This document shows positions 61,246-64,000 of a DNA stretch of 64,000 bases, one piece after another. A program made the position numbers and the translations under genes. Numbering within the stretch: the first letter of the stretch is position 1; each line of letters opens with the position of its first letter. Origin of the DNA: an uncultured virus (IMG/VR IMGVR_UViG_3300030116_006303). Its lineage: Duplodnaviria > Heunggongvirae > Uroviricota > Caudoviricetes. The notes under the pieces are model-generated. The model was not told the DNA's origin. It worked only from the letters and a program-made list of their open reading frames with translations, and did no database searches. The stretch covers positions 1-64,000 of the IMG/VR virus record IMGVR_UViG_3300030116_006303; one strand, written 5' to 3'.

Positions 61246-61794
61246 ATGGCTTTTTCTGTACAAGAGTTTCAGGGACAAATGGAGTTTGGGGGTGCCCGTC
61301 CCTCACTCTTCGAAGTAAATATTACTAACCCCTTCAACAGTGCCGCAGATGATAAGGTAAGGTTTATGGCAAAGGCGGCTCAGGTCCCCGGCACAAACCT
61401 TACACCAATCACTGTAAACTACTTCGGGCGCCCTGTAAAATTTGCTGGTAATAGAACATATGAAGACTGGACTGTTACTATCATTAATGATGAGGATTTC
61501 GCAGTTCGTGCGGGTCTTGAGGAATGGGTGCAAAGTATTAATAGCACACAGGGTAACTTGCGACTTACTGGTGCAAATCCAGAAGCTTATAAGTCACAAG
61601 GGCAGGTTATTCATTACGGTAAACAAGGCGAAATCATTCGCGAGTATAAGTTTGTTGGATTATTCCCAACGGTACTCGCACCAATTGAACTATCTTGGGA
61701 CACCGCAGATGCTATTGAAGAATACACCGTAACTTGGACTTATGACTTCTTCACGGTAGACGTCGCAACCGCCTTCGGTGGTCTTATCAACTAA
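61246..61794 (+). CDS. 19: Tail tube protein (gp19)
   Basis: GGARP.LFEV, AG.RT..DWTVT..NDEDF. Confidence 0.95.
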   Translation: MAFSVQEFQGQMEFGGARPSLFEVNITNPFNSAADDKVRFMAKAAQVPGTNLTPITVNYFGRPVKFAGNRTYEDWTVTIINDEDFAVRAGLEEWVQSINSTQGNLRLTGANPEAYKSQGQVIHYGKQGEIIREYKFVGLFPTVLAPIELSWDTADAIEEYTVTWTYDFFTVDVATAFGGLIN

Positions 61795-61812
61795 TATTTT
61801 TTATATTACATC

Positions 61813-61839
61813 AAAAGGGAGCTTCGGCTCCCTTTTTTT
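61813..61839 (+). terminator. Intrinsic terminator with UUCG tetraloop
   Basis: AAAAGGGAGC-TTCG-GCTCCCTTTTTTT. Confidence 0.92.
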
Positions 61840-61853
61840 ATGTTTTTCGCCAT

Positions 61854-61861
61854 TATAAATA
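61854..61861 (+). promoter_or_regulatory. T4-type late promoter
   Basis: TATAAATA upstream of gp20. Confidence 0.78.
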
Positions 61862-61895
61862 ATAAAAATAATACTTATAGCATAGGATCAATATA

Positions 61896-63512
61896 ATGGC
61901 AGAACTATTTGGTTTTACTATCGCTCGTAAAAAAACCGAAGATGAACAAGAAAATCTTCCATCTATTGTATCGCCCACTATTGAGGACGGATCTATTGAG
62001 ATTGCACCGGGTGGCGCATATGGAACCTACGTCGATATGGAGGGCAAAGCAAAGACTGAAGGTGATCTTGTTTCTAAATACCGTGAAATGTCTATACAAC
62101 CAGAATGTGATTATGCAATTCAAGACATCGTAAACGAAGCGATTGTAGTAGACGAGAACTCAGGCCCATGTGAAATTGTTTTGGATAAATTAGAATATCC
62201 AAATGCAATCAAGAAAAAAATTCGTGAGGGTTACAAGCATGTATTTAAATTGCTTGACTTTCAGAATAATGCTTATGATATTTTTAGAAAGTGGTACATT
62301 GATGGTAGATTATACTACAACATCGTAATTGATGAAACAAATCCAAGAGCCGGCATTAAAGACTTGAGGTATATTGACCCTCGCAAGATTCGAAAGATTA
62401 AAGAACCCATCAAAGATAAAGACAAGAGAACAGGTGCTACAGTATATCGTGGATCTAAGGAGTACTACTTTTATAACCCAAAAGGTATTACAACTCAGAA
62501 TCAATCACAGGGTGTAAAGATTGCGAAAGACTCAGTCTGCTATGTCAATTCCGGCATACTTGATAATAGAAATAATCTGATATATTCACATCTACACAAG
62601 GCTATAAAACCACTTAATCAGCTTCGTATGCTGGAAGATGCAGTTGTGATTTATAGACTCGCACGTGCCCCAGAGCGCCGTATATTTTACATTGATGTTG
62701 GTAACCTTCCAAAGATGAAGGCGGAGCAATATCTTCGTGATATGATGGTCAAGCATAAAAACAAACTCACATATGATGCACAGACTGGTGAAGTTCGTGA
62801 TGATCGTAAATTTATGACCATGCTGGAAGATTTTTGGTTACCACGTCGAGAGGGCGGCCGAGGAACTGAAATCACGACATTACCTGGTGGTCAGAATCTT
62901 GGTGAGATGGAAGATGTGGATTATTTTCGGCGCAAGCTTTACAAGTCACTCAATGTACCTACAGCGCGCATGGAACAAGAAAATCAATTCCAACTTGGTC
63001 GTGCATCTGAAATTACACGTGATGAACTAAAATTTAATAAATTTATTAAGCGATTAAGAAGTAAATTTACAACGCTATTTGATGAATTGTTAGAGATTCA
63101 TCTTGCACTCACGGGTGTTACCACTCGTAAGGAATGGCAGGAAATGAAGCAGGATATCTACTATGACTTCATGGAAGATAACCACTTCACGGAACTCAAA
63201 GACACTGAGATTCTCACTGAAAGATTGCGTCTGCTTGGAGACATTGATTCGTATGCCGGCAAGTACTTTTCAGAACAGTGGATTCGTACAAATGTTCTTC
63301 GTATGACTGAAGATGAAGTTGCGGAGATTGAAAAACAAATAAATCAAGAAGGTGGTGGTGAAGATCCAGAGGATGAAGAGCCCATGGAAGAGGTTATTCA
63401 CGATGAAATTATAGAAGAAATATTTCAACCACCAGAAGAGATGACTGAGGAAGAAAAGAAACTTGTAGAAAAGATGACAAAAGTTTTAGACGATGTCTTG
63501 ACAGAGGACTGA
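61896..63512 (+). CDS. 20: Portal vertex protein (gp20)
   Basis: RAPERRIFYIDVGNLPK.KAEQY, EDFWLPRREGGRGTEI.TLPG. Confidence 0.97.
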   Translation: MAELFGFTIARKKTEDEQENLPSIVSPTIEDGSIEIAPGGAYGTYVDMEGKAKTEGDLVSKYREMSIQPECDYAIQDIVNEAIVVDENSGPCEIVLDKLEYPNAIKKKIREGYKHVFKLLDFQNNAYDIFRKWYIDGRLYYNIVIDETNPRAGIKDLRYIDPRKIRKIKEPIKDKDKRTGATVYRGSKEYYFYNPKGITTQNQSQGVKIAKDSVCYVNSGILDNRNNLIYSHLHKAIKPLNQLRMLEDAVVIYRLARAPERRIFYIDVGNLPKMKAEQYLRDMMVKHKNKLTYDAQTGEVRDDRKFMTMLEDFWLPRREGGRGTEITTLPGGQNLGEMEDVDYFRRKLYKSLNVPTARMEQENQFQLGRASEITRDELKFNKFIKRLRSKFTTLFDELLEIHLALTGVTTRKEWQEMKQDIYYDFMEDNHFTELKDTEILTERLRLLGDIDSYAGKYFSEQWIRTNVLRMTEDEVAEIEKQINQEGGGEDPEDEEPMEEVIHDEIIEEIFQPPEEMTEEEKKLVEKMTKVLDDVLTED

Positions 63513-63515
63513 TTG

Positions 63516-64000
63516 ATGTCGAATGAGATCAGAGATGCAAAAATTCTTTCTGCTGCTATAAAATATGCAGATAAAAAAATTGCAGAAATCCAAGAAGAAA
63601 TACACGAACCAGTAATTGTCGAGGGTCCTCCAGGACCACAGGGCCCTGTTGGTCCTCAAGGTGAAAAGGGTGACACTGGCCCGGAGCGTCGAATTGTAAT
63701 TGAAGCGAAAGGGCCTGTAGGTCCTCAAGGAGTACCCGGTCATACATTCGAAAAGGCTTACATCGAGGATGATAAACTATATTTGCTCAGAGAAGACGGC
63801 GAAGTATTTTCAGTTGGTAAAGTAATCGGACCACGTGGCGGTCAAGGTATTCCTGGTGAGCAAGGAATACAGGGTGAAGTCGGACCGCAGGGGCCTCAAG
63901 GGCTCATTGGTGAACAGGGCCCTCAGGGTCTTACTGGTAGACGAGGTACACGAGGTGAAAAGGGAGAACAAGGAGAACGAGGCCCACGTGGGTTTATTGG
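63516..64000 (+). CDS. Collagen-like (Gly-X-Y) protein, truncated at window edge
   Basis: Manual translation [18 protein letters not shown]...[20 protein letters not shown]...[25 protein letters not shown]. Confidence 0.85.
   Translation, partial: MSNEIRDAKILSAAIKYADKKIAEIQEEIHEPVIVEGPPGPQGPVGPQGEKGDTGPERRIVIEAKGPVGPQGVPGHTFEKAYIEDDKLYLLREDGEVFSVGKVIGPRGGQGIPGEQGIQGEVGPQGPQGLIGEQGPQGLTGRRGTRGEKGEQGERGPRGFI

Noticed and set aside
1..64000. CRISPR array, tRNA/rRNA genes, integrase or transposase
   Set aside because: No regularly spaced repeats, cloverleaf/T-loop signatures in intergenic gaps, or recombinase motifs seen by eye; a tRNA/Rfam scan would be needed to exclude small RNAs
1..64000. 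Alternative genetic code (stop codon reassignment)
   Set aside because: Core genes are full length under code 11 and end with TAA, TAG and TGA at the expected positions

Overview
A 64-kb fragment of a T4-like (Tevenvirinae-type, probably marine) myovirus genome. A DUF1674/SDHAF4-like gene and a short NrdA suggest an alphaproteobacterial host (inference). Left arm, 1-10 kb, minus strand: three glycosyltransferases with a cupin, a GIY-YIG nuclease, psiE-like and DUF1674-like auxiliary genes, nrdB/glutaredoxin/nrdA, a 2OG-Fe(II) oxygenase, thyX and primase. 10-16 kb: a late-promoter cassette of unknown membrane/secreted proteins, a SleB-type cell wall hydrolase, gp33, a SufU-like Fe-S scaffold, gp59 and gp32. 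16-64 kb: virion morphogenesis genes (tape measure, gp26/gp51, gp54, gp2, gp4, gp48, gp53, gp27, gp5, gp25, gp6, gp7, gp8), a VrlC-like protein, an array of three adaptor + LamG/SPRY fibre modules, gp13-gp20 and a partial collagen-like gene. Highlights: a probable lambda G/GT-style -1 frameshift joining gp26 and gp51 before the tape measure; a second candidate -1 frameshift that would add a membrane anchor in the unknown late cassette; a mosaic triple fibre array with a nested domain insertion; a type-1 copper domain fused to gp7; an antisense sigma70-like promoter at the terminase junction. All product calls come from motif and synteny recognition by eye, with no database searches. The assembly has an N gap (53128-53137), so apparent frameshifts may be errors.
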